Assembly: GCA_964344565.1 (NCBI GenBank)
Contig: CAYFNT010000010.1
Coordinates: 22,641-86,640, forward strand
Direction: 5' to 3'
Length of the DNA: 64,000 bases
From: an uncultured bacterium
Lineage (GTDB): Bacteria > Krumholzibacteriota > Krumholzibacteriia > JACNKJ01
Positions 1 through 10,473 of this stretch are shown piece after piece. Made by a program: the position numbers and the translations under genes. The notes under the pieces were generated by a model. It ran no database searches. It was not told the origin of the DNA and saw only the letters and a list, made by a program, of their open reading frames with translations. Every line of letters begins with the position of its first letter. Within the stretch, counting starts at the first letter, position 1.

Positions 1-393
1 CGAGGCGGCGTGGGATTCGTGGTGCTCGGGAAAGAGCATCTCGCCTTCGAAGTCGAGTTCCCGCGCGATGAGATCCTTGATCCACAGCTTCTTCCTCAGC
101 CAAAGGGGCATGGACTTCAGAAACGAAGGCAAGCCTCTGGGCGCGGTGGCGAGGTAGCTCTCCAGGAGCCGCTCGAACTTGAGCAGCGGCTTCTCGTAGA
201 AGACCACCGCATCGAGCTCGGCGCGCTCGATTCCCGCCTGGGACAGGCAGCTATCGATGGCATGGGATGGGAAGTCGAGGTCGTGCTTGCGTCGCGTGAA
301 GCGCTCTTCCTGCGCGGCGGCCAGAATATCGCCGTCCCCCAGGAGGCAGGCGGCACTATCATGATAGAAGGCCGAGATCCCCAGTATCTTCAT
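1..393 (-). CDS. carbamoyltransferase (NodU/CmcH family), N-terminal 131 codons; gene runs off the left edge
   Basis: Own translation of the minus strand from ATG (complement of 391-393) gives MKILGISAFYHDSAACLLGDGDILAAAQEERFTRRKHDLDFPSHAIDSCL..., the conserved N-terminus of this family. GAGG lies 6 nt upstream. It is missing from the ORF track only because no stop lies in the window. The listed 10..438(+) ORF is its antisense shadow. Confidence 0.8.
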   Translation of the reverse strand, partial: MKILGISAFYHDSAACLLGDGDILAAAQEERFTRRKHDLDFPSHAIDSCLSQAGIERAELDAVVFYEKPLLKFERLLESYLATAPRGLPSFLKSMPLWLRKKLWIKDLIARELDFEGEMLFPEHHESHAAS

Positions 394-558
394 CCGCACC
401 TCACCAGGATTCACGCTGTCAGCACAAAGGCATTTTAGCACAATTACTTGGGCGGATTGGCCTGTGAGCCGGAAAATACTGGCTACTCCCCTAGCTTGAG
501 GAGTTTCAATCGGATAGAATCAATCACTGATTGGCGTACTCCCCGCAAGGAGTGATCC

Positions 559-1734
559 ATGGGCGGAAGAGGGGCAAGAGCCTGGATGATGCGAGGCGTC
601 CTGCTGATGCTGGGACTCCTCTTCGGACTGCTGCTCGCCGAGGTCCTGCTCCGCCTCTACTTCGAGATAGTTCCCGATCCCGGCGATGCCCCCTATCTCG
701 CCGAGGAGAAGGCCGACTACATTCGAAGGCCTACCCGGGAAGGCGAGGCCCTCGCCAACGCCGACGATCGCATCAACTCGCTGGGCTTTCGCGACCGCGA
801 ACCGATGCATCCCAAGAGCGAGTCGAGCTATCGCGTGCTGGGCATCGGGGACTCCTTCGTCTTCAGCCTCGTACCCCTCGAAGAGAACTTCCTGCGCGTG
901 GCCGAACGCGAGATCGACGCAAGAGTCGCGGAATCCTACGACGGGGCCGAAATGATCCTCATGGGCATGGGCGCATGGTCGCCTGAAAACGAGGTCGGCG
1001 CCCTCGAATCCATCGGCCTTCAGCTCGACGCCGACTTCGCCCTGCTGAACTTCTTCGTGGGAAACGACGTGACCGACATCCCGCTCAAGGGCAAGGTTCT
1101 GCGGGGTCGCCTCTACTATGTCGGATCGCCCTATCCCGCCTTGAACCTGCTGCGCAAATCCATGGTCTATCTTCTCGTCGAGAGGAATCTTCTCTATCGG
1201 CTGCGGGACCGTCTCGTGGAACGTCACGTGGACGCCAAGGTCGAGACCACCCGGGAGCTGGTCATTCCCGCCTCGCGGGACAGCGAAGCCGTGCTGCCAT
1301 CCCACTACCTTCACCATCAATTGAAGAGATTGTCCGTCTACGAAGCGGATCCCGATGCGCGCATGGAGAAGCTTTGGAAGCGTGCCGAAGCGGCCATCGA
1401 GCGATTCGATTCGCTATGCCGAGGGGCGGACCTCCCCTGGGCCCTGCACCTGATACCGGCCGAGATCCAGGTTGACCGGCTGGTTCGCCATCGGGTGCTC
1501 GAAGCTCTCGGTCGGAACTCCGCGGCCTACGATTTCGACTATCCCCAGAAGCGTCTGCGGGCCTTCGCCGCGGCGCGCGGCATCAGGGTCATCGATCCGA
1601 TGCCCGCGATGCGCGAAGCTCACGATCCCGCCGACCCTCTCTACATCCAATTCGACACGCATTGGAACATGCGCGGCAATCGTCTCGCCGGCGAAGCCAT
1701 CGCGGACTCAATACTGCTTTGGATGGCTGAGTGA
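559..1734 (+). CDS. SGNH/GDSL-type hydrolase-like protein with N-terminal membrane anchor
   Basis: 391-aa ORF with AAGGAG 8 nt upstream of ATG 559. Hydrophobic N-terminus (VLLMLGLLFGLLLAEVLL). GDSF block (LGIGDSFVF) and C-terminal DTHWN block as in SGNH/AlgX-AlgJ-like esterases. Divergent from the carbamoyltransferase gene. Confidence 0.65.
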   Translation: MGGRGARAWMMRGVLLMLGLLFGLLLAEVLLRLYFEIVPDPGDAPYLAEEKADYIRRPTREGEALANADDRINSLGFRDREPMHPKSESSYRVLGIGDSFVFSLVPLEENFLRVAEREIDARVAESYDGAEMILMGMGAWSPENEVGALESIGLQLDADFALLNFFVGNDVTDIPLKGKVLRGRLYYVGSPYPALNLLRKSMVYLLVERNLLYRLRDRLVERHVDAKVETTRELVIPASRDSEAVLPSHYLHHQLKRLSVYEADPDARMEKLWKRAEAAIERFDSLCRGADLPWALHLIPAEIQVDRLVRHRVLEALGRNSAAYDFDYPQKRLRAFAAARGIRVIDPMPAMREAHDPADPLYIQFDTHWNMRGNRLAGEAIADSILLWMAE

Positions 1735-1756
1735 GTGGGCGGGGCGGCGGGAAGCC

Positions 1757-2059
1757 CTATTTCTCCTGCCCCAACTCCCTCAGGCGCTCGTAGGTGAAGA
1801 TGCCCGTGGAATGTCCGTCGCTGAAAGCGATCTGGATGGCGTAGTGGCCCACCGCGTCGATGCGAAGGGGATGCACGTTCTCGGCGACGGTGTCGGGATC
1901 GAGCAATGGCCGGCCGGTCATCTCCTCCACGCACTGGGCGCAGGGACAGGCCAGGCGCAGGAAGCGCGCGGCGTAGTGGCTGCGGTGGCCGTCCTTCCAG
2001 AGGATACTCACATCGTGGTCGCCTTCGCGCGAAATCTCGACGGGTGTCGTGCGCTCCAT
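1757..2059 (-). CDS. DUF971 domain protein (gamma-butyrobetaine hydroxylase-like N-terminal domain)
   Basis: 100-aa ORF with ILWKDGHRSHYAARFLRLACPCAQC... typical of DUF971. It lies directly downstream of the Mrp/ApbC gene, a common pairing. Confidence 0.75.
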   Translation of the reverse strand: MERTTPVEISREGDHDVSILWKDGHRSHYAARFLRLACPCAQCVEEMTGRPLLDPDTVAENVHPLRIDAVGHYAIQIAFSDGHSTGIFTYERLRELGQEK

Positions 2060-2066
2060 GTTCCCC

Positions 2067-3143
2067 CTAGAAGCTGATCTTCACGGCGTCGCTCTGATCC
2101 ATGGAGCGAATGCTCACCTGGGCCGCCATCTGGGCGGCGATGGCCTGGAAGGCGCGGGCGAGATCGCTGTTGGGATCTGCGGCGACCGTGGGCGCGCCGG
2201 CGTCGCTGTCCTCGCGGATCTTGGTGGACAGCGGCAGCTCGCCGAGGAATGGCAGGCCGAGCCTCGCGGACGCCTTCTTGGTGCCGCCGGTCCCGAAGAT
2301 GTAGTCCTTCTCGCCGCAGTGAGGGCAGGCGTAATAGCTCATGTTCTCGACGAGTCCGAGCACCGGAGTCTTGAGCGAATTGAATAGGCTGATGGCCTTC
2401 TGGGCCACCTTGAGGGCCACGTCCTGGGGCGTGGACACCACCACGGCGCCGGTGAGGGCGATCTTCTGGCAGAGCGAGAGCTGCACGTCGCCGGTGCCGG
2501 GAGGCAGGTCGACGATCATGTAGTCCAGTTCGCCCCACTCGACGTTGGCGATGAACTCGTCGATCATCTTCACGAGCATGGGTCCGCGCCAGACCACGGC
2601 CTGCTCCTCGTCGAGGAAGAATCCCATGCTGATGAACTTCACGCCGTGCTTTTCGGCGGGCAGGATGCGGTTCTCCTCGACCTGCGGCTTGGCCTCGGTG
2701 CCCATGATGGTGGGAACGCTGGGGCCGTAGATGTCCAGATCCATGAGACCCACCCGGGCGCCGGTCTGCGCGAGGGCGAGCGCCAGATTCACGCTCACGG
2801 TGCTCTTGCCCACGCCGCCCTTGCCGCTGGCCACGGGGATCATGTGCTTCACGCCGGGAATCATCTGCGGGCCCGCGGGCTGCGCGGCGGCCTGGCGAAC
2901 GCTGGCGGTCATGTTCACGTCCACGGCGTCCACGCCGTCGAGGGCGAGAACCAGGGACTCGGCCTGCGACTTGAACTGATCCTTCACGGGACAGGCCGGC
3001 GTGGTCAACTCGATGTCGAAGGCGACCTTGCCGCCTTCGATCTTCAGGTTCTTGACGAAGCCGAGGGCTACGATGTCGCGCCCCAGGTCCGGGTCCATGA
3101 TCTGACTTAGGGCTGCGAGGATGGCTTTCTCGTCGGCGGGCAT
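2067..3143 (-). CDS. apbC: Mrp/NBP35-family Fe-S cluster carrier ATPase
   Basis: Walker A in SGKGGVGKST, N-terminal DUF59-like part (ILAALSQIMDPDLGRDIVALGFV) and a C-terminal CPHCG motif. Start moved to ATG 3143 (MPADEKAIL), preceded by AGGAG. The ORF-track start 3248 adds 35 non-conserved residues. Confidence 0.9.
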   Translation of the reverse strand: MPADEKAILAALSQIMDPDLGRDIVALGFVKNLKIEGGKVAFDIELTTPACPVKDQFKSQAESLVLALDGVDAVDVNMTASVRQAAAQPAGPQMIPGVKHMIPVASGKGGVGKSTVSVNLALALAQTGARVGLMDLDIYGPSVPTIMGTEAKPQVEENRILPAEKHGVKFISMGFFLDEEQAVVWRGPMLVKMIDEFIANVEWGELDYMIVDLPPGTGDVQLSLCQKIALTGAVVVSTPQDVALKVAQKAISLFNSLKTPVLGLVENMSYYACPHCGEKDYIFGTGGTKKASARLGLPFLGELPLSTKIREDSDAGAPTVAADPNSDLARAFQAIAAQMAAQVSIRSMDQSDAVKISF

Positions 3144-3355
3144 GTCGCTCTCCTGATTTCGGGTCGCGTGTAAACTGCTAAACCCCTGGCGTCGAATCAA
3201 TGCCGCGGGCTCTCTAACTGATGAGAATTCACTGATAAAACCACTCAAACCGATCTAGAATTCGCCTATAATCCAATGGCGCGGCAGGGGGCCGCAGATG
3301 AAGTGGAGGATGTGCCGATGAAGATTCCGATCCCAATTGCCACGAACTGCCACCG

Positions 3356-3625
3356 GTGCCGCCCTGGTTGCAGGACTCGGGCATCCCTCAATTGACCGAA
3401 GTCCGGCCCGATGGCGAGATTCAGTTCACGGTCAGCCTGGAAGGACTGCTTCCAGATCCACCGGACATCTACGTGGTCGCCTACGTGTCCTCCTGGTGGG
3501 TCGAGGAGGGTGGTCGCGACTACAACGGTACGGGCGCGGCGACCTATACACAGTTGCACACCTGCGAGATGCAGACTCCCGCGGATGTGGAAACATGGAG
3601 CGAAGTCAATACACGGTACGAATAA
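3356..3625 (+). CDS. small hypothetical protein, tail-family paralog A (ends ...ADVETWSEVNTRYE); possibly a frameshifted remnant of a secreted protein starting at ATG 3318
   Basis: 89-codon ORF from GTG 3356. Third-position G+C is elevated in this frame from about 3350 onward. The C-terminal ~12 residues are nearly identical to those of the 4021..4410 ORF. GTG 3356 has no SD and the ORF has no signal peptide. A strong GGAGGA-N7-ATG sits at 3305-3320 in another frame. Confidence 0.4.
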   Translation: MPPWLQDSGIPQLTEVRPDGEIQFTVSLEGLLPDPPDIYVVAYVSSWWVEEGGRDYNGTGAATYTQLHTCEMQTPADVETWSEVNTRYE

Positions 3626-3636
3626 GGGAGGGTGAA

Positions 3637-3981
3637 ATGGGATTCACGAAGGTTCTAGCGGCCGTCGCAACGGCGATGCTTGTTTCGCCGATGGTCGCGC
3701 AGGCTTTCACCTATTCGGTGACGGCCAGCCATGCGCAGCAACTTCCCATGGACAATTTCGAAATCGTCGTGCGTGATCACAATGGCTACGATCCCGTATT
3801 CCCCAGCGTACGATTGCCCCAGGGGCTCGGTTGGAGCTTCGAAAACGTCAGCGGAGGCGAGCCAGGCGTGGCGATCGCGCGTTTCTATGGAGGCACGCCC
3901 ATTCCATCGGGCGGAGCATACGTCTTCGGCTTCGATAACGATGACTACGAGGGCATGACCCAGGTTCAGGAGGTCTACTGA
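3637..3981 (+). CDS. hypothetical secreted protein; probably the N-terminal part of a 257-codon gene interrupted by an in-frame TGA
   Basis: AGGGAGG SD, then ATG 3637. Signal-peptide-like MGFTKVLAAVATAMLVSPMVAQA. The ORF stops at TGA 3979-3981, but the same frame stays open and coding-like into the 4021..4410 ORF. Confidence 0.6.
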   Translation: MGFTKVLAAVATAMLVSPMVAQAFTYSVTASHAQQLPMDNFEIVVRDHNGYDPVFPSVRLPQGLGWSFENVSGGEPGVAIARFYGGTPIPSGGAYVFGFDNDDYEGMTQVQEVY

Positions 3982-4020
3982 ACACTGGGCGAGGTCCAAT
4001 TCAAGCTGGCACAACCCGCG

Positions 4021-4410
4021 GTGGAGACGCGTTACGATGCCGACGCCTTCATCGCCACGGTGAAACTGAAGAACAACGACGACGCCATGACCATCGTCAT
4101 GAACGCCGTGAAGTACAAGGTGGTCTTCGAACCGGAGATCCTGGAAAACCTCGACTACGATCATCACCCCCAGGAGACATTCACCTACATGGGGACGATG
4201 CCGGCGATCATCGAGCATGGCCAGTCCATCGAATTCACGGCGACCGTGGATCCAGGAGCCTATCTGATGCTCTACTTCCAGGGGGTTTTTCCCATCGGCA
4301 ATCGGGACTACTGCACGGTCCCCTTCATCGCGCATCTCCAGTTGCGCACGGACGAGATGGTCACCACGGCCGCGGATACCTGGAGCGAAGTCAAGACGCT
4401 CTACGAATAG
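4021..4410 (+). CDS. tail-family paralog B, C-terminal part (ends ...AADTWSEVKTLYE)
   Basis: Same reading frame as 3637..3981 (both starts = 1 mod 3), separated only by TGA plus 13 sense codons. GTG 4021 has no SD. High third-position G+C. Confidence 0.5.
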   Translation: METRYDADAFIATVKLKNNDDAMTIVMNAVKYKVVFEPEILENLDYDHHPQETFTYMGTMPAIIEHGQSIEFTATVDPGAYLMLYFQGVFPIGNRDYCTVPFIAHLQLRTDEMVTTAADTWSEVKTLYE

Positions 4411-4413
4411 GAA

Positions 4414-4719
4414 TCAGAGACCGAGTTCGGCGCGCTTCTCGGCGGCCGTGGGAAGAGGATCTTCCTGATCGCTGACCACGGGCAGTTCGGGAGCGCGCTC
4501 GGCGTTGATGGCGATCCATTTCTGCTGGTCCGCCGGCACTTCATCTTCCTCGTAGATCGCTTCCACGGGGCACTCGGGCACGCAGGCCGCGCAGTCGATG
4601 CACTCCTCCGGATCGATGTAGAGCATCTTGTCGTCGCCGTGGAAACAGTCCACGGGACACACGGTCACGCAGTCGGTGAAGCGGCAGTTCTCGCAGTTTC
4701 CGGTGACGACGAAGGCCAT
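4414..4719 (-). CDS. fdxA: ferredoxin, 7Fe FdxA type
   Basis: MAFVVTGNCENCRFTDCVTVCPVDCFHGDDKMLYIDPEECIDCAACVPECPVEAI matches the two-cluster FdxA pattern. Start set at ATG 4719 (residue 21 of the track ORF). Confidence 0.9.
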   Translation of the reverse strand: MAFVVTGNCENCRFTDCVTVCPVDCFHGDDKMLYIDPEECIDCAACVPECPVEAIYEEDEVPADQQKWIAINAERAPELPVVSDQEDPLPTAAEKRAELGL

Positions 4720-4825
4720 GGCGTCTCGCTTTCGATGGGGGATGATCATCCAAATAGCGAGTGGAGGGCTCAGAGTCAAGAGCCAAAGTCCTTGAATTAA
4801 TTGGAGTTCCGGGTATGGAAATTGC

Positions 4826-5590
4826 CTAGTCGGGCAGCGTGAAGCGCCAGGCGCAGAACCATTCCTCCGGATGCGCGTCCGGCGGGCATGCCACGCACTC
4901 GCAACGGATGCGCGGATCGATGGCCTCGGCGAAGGTCGTGTATTCCACCACTCCTCCCGACTTGCAGGGATAGTCCTCCAGGCCCTTTCGTTTGCGGGCG
5001 GCCTGCACTCGGCAGTTGATCATCTTGAAAAGCAGGGAGCCGCCGTCCTCCCATTCGATGGCCTGCTCGTTGATGCGGGCGTAGAGCCGGAACTGAAGAG
5101 CGGTGGCGAGAGCTTCGAGGCCTCCCTCAACGGGCAGGTCGAGAAGCCTCTTGATGCGCCGCGCTTCGAAGGGCGAGTAGCCGCTCCAGGCGGCGTCGTT
5201 GCAGGCCTTGGCCGTGTCCATGTCGTGGGTCTGCTCCACGGCCTGGAACCAGACTCCGTCGTTCACCAGCCAGTTCACCGAGAGCGCGTCGAGCAGACCG
5301 AGAAGCTGTTCGCGATTCATATCTCGAAGGACTGAGGGCAAGCCGTCCTTAGTTTCGAATCCGGCATTCTTGCCGAGCCGGTCCACCTGGATGGGCAGAC
5401 CTCTTTCGAACGCCCTCTCCTCGGCCTCGAAAGCGCCCTCCAGACCTAGCTTCATCTCGGCCTCGCGGAACCAGAGCGCGTGATGGGTGAGCGTGCGGCG
5501 GAAGGCGTCCACCGCGAATGCGAGAAGTTGCTGCTGATCGAGATCGTCGAAAGAGCGGGGCACTTCGGCTTCCTTCCTGCATGAGATCAT
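4826..5590 (-). CDS. conserved hypothetical cytosolic protein with Cys-rich C-terminus (possibly DUF6125/ATC-hydrolase-like; family name unverified)
   Basis: Long ORF with high third-position G+C. C-terminal CKSGG...CECVACPPD...C cluster. Start at ATG 5590 (MISCRKEAEV) is uncertain because it has no clear SD. The alternative start is 5659. Confidence 0.65.
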   Translation of the reverse strand: MISCRKEAEVPRSFDDLDQQQLLAFAVDAFRRTLTHHALWFREAEMKLGLEGAFEAEERAFERGLPIQVDRLGKNAGFETKDGLPSVLRDMNREQLLGLLDALSVNWLVNDGVWFQAVEQTHDMDTAKACNDAAWSGYSPFEARRIKRLLDLPVEGGLEALATALQFRLYARINEQAIEWEDGGSLLFKMINCRVQAARKRKGLEDYPCKSGGVVEYTTFAEAIDPRIRCECVACPPDAHPEEWFCAWRFTLPD

Positions 5591-5909
5591 CGCGCGCCAT
5601 ACTAGCGCCGCTCGCCAGAGCATTACCACAAGCATCCCTCGGCGACAGATGCCGATCAAATCGACAACCGCAGTTTACGATGCGATCACCAGACCGCCTC
5701 ATCGATAAAATCTAATGGCGCAGGCCAAGGGCCGACCACCACCTTCGGGGATCCAGCGCTTAATCATTATCACTCAATCAGTTAATAGCTTCAAGACAAG
5801 GCTCTCGAACCCGCTCATCATAATCGATGACCCTGCCGAAAGCCCATGCCGGCCATGGCTCAGATGCTGCAATCATCATTGGACATTCCCCTAAGCCAAG
5901 GAGTGTTCC

Positions 5910-6359
5910 ATGAAACAGCAGAGTCCCTTGACACTCGCTTTCTTCCTCACGATCTCGCTGTCGATTCTGGGTTGTTCCCAGGATCCCGCGAGTCCGGATG
6001 CGATCTCCCACGTGGATCGCGACGGACTCTCGCAGAGAAACCGCTCTGTGGCCGTGAAGATCACCACTTGCGACAAGGACACCGGAGTGGAAATCGCCAG
6101 CCACACCATGACGAACATCCCCGGCTGCGAGGCCGTCATCATTCGCGGTGATGATTTCTACGACAGGGTCTGCGGAGACGATGACTGGATCGCCTTCCCC
6201 GACCATCTTCAGTACTGCGACGAACCGATCTACTACCAGAACGACGACGGCAAGGTGGCCATCTGTGCGGCGGAGGATTGCGACCTGTCCCTCAGACAGC
6301 AGTTCGAGCTCTACCAATACGCCTCCGGAACCGCCAGCCTCCCCGGCGACGGATCCTGA
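5910..6359 (+). CDS. hypothetical Cys-rich lipoprotein
   Basis: AAGGAG SD, then ATG 5910. Signal peptide with lipobox MKQQSPLTLAFFLTISLSILG-C. Seven further Cys residues. No family recognised. Confidence 0.7.
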   Translation: MKQQSPLTLAFFLTISLSILGCSQDPASPDAISHVDRDGLSQRNRSVAVKITTCDKDTGVEIASHTMTNIPGCEAVIIRGDDFYDRVCGDDDWIAFPDHLQYCDEPIYYQNDDGKVAICAAEDCDLSLRQQFELYQYASGTASLPGDGS

Positions 6360-6437
6360 ACTCCGAGGCCTGCCCACCCTATTCACATGGACATGGGCCA
6401 GGCTTGCCGCTAGAGTTTCATCATTGATCGATTCGAA

Positions 6438-7111
6438 GTGGGAATGATGGTGAAACGACAGGCATCAGCAGTTTCCTCTTCTGCACCCTGCGGTCTCCTC
6501 GCAGGGTGCAGAGCCGTGGTCATCCTTGCGATTCTTCTCTTTGCCTCGGTTGCGTCTGCCCAGACCCCCTCCCAGGCCAGCTTCTCGATAGGCATGGCCA
6601 CCCATGGCTACTGCGATTCCCGAAAACCCGACAGCTATACGAAGGACCATCGCTCCAAACACAAGCTCGGCTGGACGGTCGGTTTCTATTTCTCGAGTCA
6701 CGAAGGCGAGCTTCCGAAGAACGGTCTGCAGATCCGATATTTTGCGATCGAGGAAGTCCATGCTGATTCCCCAGACGATCGCCCCTACGACCACTCCATG
6801 ACGAGTCTGCTCTATCAGTACCAGCGCCCGGTCTATTCCTTGGGAAAGCAGACTCTCATGGGCAGCGTCGGCCTGGGCATGGCAGTCCTGAGCTACGACG
6901 ATCGTCATTGCGTCTCGGACTGCGGATCTCCGGGAATCACTGGGGAGTTCGTCCTCGGCCTCAGTTACCAGCGCCACCTGAGGCACTCCACCTTCGTCGA
7001 GATGCGCCTATCCTACGACTACCTTCCGGACCTGGACGCGAGGATGTTCCCATTCTCTTCCGGCTACCTGCTGGAGGTCGGCATCCGAATCGTGGACAGG
7101 GATGGGCTGCT

Positions 7112-7118
<7 letters not shown>
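6438..7118 (+). CDS. putative outer-membrane beta-barrel protein
   Basis: Signal peptide ([17 protein letters not shown]) followed by alternating hydrophobic/aromatic strands ([36 protein letters not shown]). GTG 6438 and ATG 6444/6447 are alternative starts. Confidence 0.6.
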
Positions 7119-9385
<2,267 letters not shown>

Positions 9386-9469
9386 GGAGTCCGTCCTGGT
9401 GAGGGTCGGGGCAATATCCGATCCGGCAGGGCGGGCGTCAACGCCCCAAGCCGTTTAAATTAAAGGAGT

Positions 9470-10177
9470 TCAGGAACCTGAACTGTCCCGGAGGTCGCGC
9501 AGCCGCCTCTTGGCCCAGGGAAAGGCGAGGGCCAGGAAGACGAGCACCAGGCCCAGCACCACGAAGTGCGTCACATTCAGTCCCTCGCCTCGAAAAGCCT
9601 CGGCCAGGGCGTCGCCCCCCACCACGTAGAAGATGGTGCCCGGTAGCATCGCGATGAGGGTCCAGGCCATGTAGGTACCGAAACGAATGCGGGAGAGGCC
9701 GAAGCCGAAATTGAGCAGGGCGAAGGGAACCACGGGAAACAGCCGCGTGAGCACCACGATCATGGCGCCGCTCTCCTCGGTTGCCCGCTGCAGGCGAGCG
9801 TATCCCGCCCGGCGGGAGAGCCAGCGCGAGATGGAGTCGCGGGCCAGATAGCGAGCCAGCAGGAAGGCCGCTCCGGCGGCGACCCAGGACCCCAGCACCG
9901 CCATGGCGGTTCCCAGCACGCTTCCCCAGAGAGCACCGGCCAGCATGGTGAGAGGTAGACCCGGAATGGCCGCCATGGCCGCAAGGGCATAGGCGGCCAC
10001 ATAGCCGATCACGCCCCAGACGCCCTTGCTCAGCACCCAGAGGCGCAGATCCTCGAGATCACCCTGCAGGCCCAGCTTCCGACCGAGCAGGAAGAGCCCC
10101 ACCACGGCCAGCGGAAACAGGATGAAGCGGATCCAGCGCCATCTACGGCGCCAGATCACCGCGGTGCGCGGGTCCAT
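9470..10177 (-). CDS. TVP38/TMEM64 (DedA-related) family membrane protein
   Basis: Multi-TM ORF with VLTRLFPVVPFALLNFGFGLSRIRFGTYMAWTLIAMLPGTIFYV, the signature region of this family. Confidence 0.85.
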   Translation of the reverse strand: MDPRTAVIWRRRWRWIRFILFPLAVVGLFLLGRKLGLQGDLEDLRLWVLSKGVWGVIGYVAAYALAAMAAIPGLPLTMLAGALWGSVLGTAMAVLGSWVAAGAAFLLARYLARDSISRWLSRRAGYARLQRATEESGAMIVVLTRLFPVVPFALLNFGFGLSRIRFGTYMAWTLIAMLPGTIFYVVGGDALAEAFRGEGLNVTHFVVLGLVLVFLALAFPWAKRRLRDLRDSSGS

Positions 10178-10395
10178 GGATCCTCCTTGCCGGAACCGGC
10201 GAGGAAGCTAGCAGGACGGACTCATAAAGGGAAGTGTCGAAGCGGATTCTGTAGTTGAATAGTATTCACCGGCCTGGCCGATCCCTCGAGGCCGATTCTC
10301 CGCGCCCCCGGCTGCCGAGCCCAAAAATGTATCAGGACAAGTTAACCCTGAATTCTGCAACTTGTTGGTAATAACGCCCTTAACTCCGTTTGCCG

Positions 10396-10424
10396 TTGAC
10401 TCTACGAGGGGGCCCGGCTATTCT
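10396..10424 (+). promoter_or_regulatory. candidate sigma70-type promoter upstream of ccoI (TTGACT-17-TATTCT)
   Basis: Hexamers read directly at 10396-10401 and 10419-10424 in the AT-richer divergent intergenic region, about 50 nt upstream of ATG 10474. Confidence 0.3.
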
Positions 10425-10473
10425 GCTCCCTTGCAGTCAGGATTCCTGGGTCTTCTTTTCGCCCTAGGTGCAC

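Noticed and set aside
3979-3981. Selenocysteine as the explanation for the in-frame TGA.
   Set aside because: I could not fold a convincing SECIS-type hairpin in the 40 nt downstream. The context (Y-TGA-T-L-G) is not a redox CxxU-type motif. No sel genes lie in the window. It is kept only as a formal alternative in the finding.
10178-10473. FNR/Crp-type anaerobox (TTGAT-N4-ATCAA) upstream of the cbb3 genes.
   Set aside because: Searched by eye and none is present. The region holds only a 7-bp inverted repeat ACAAGTT-N15-AACTTGT (10337-10365) of uncertain meaning and a candidate sigma70 promoter.
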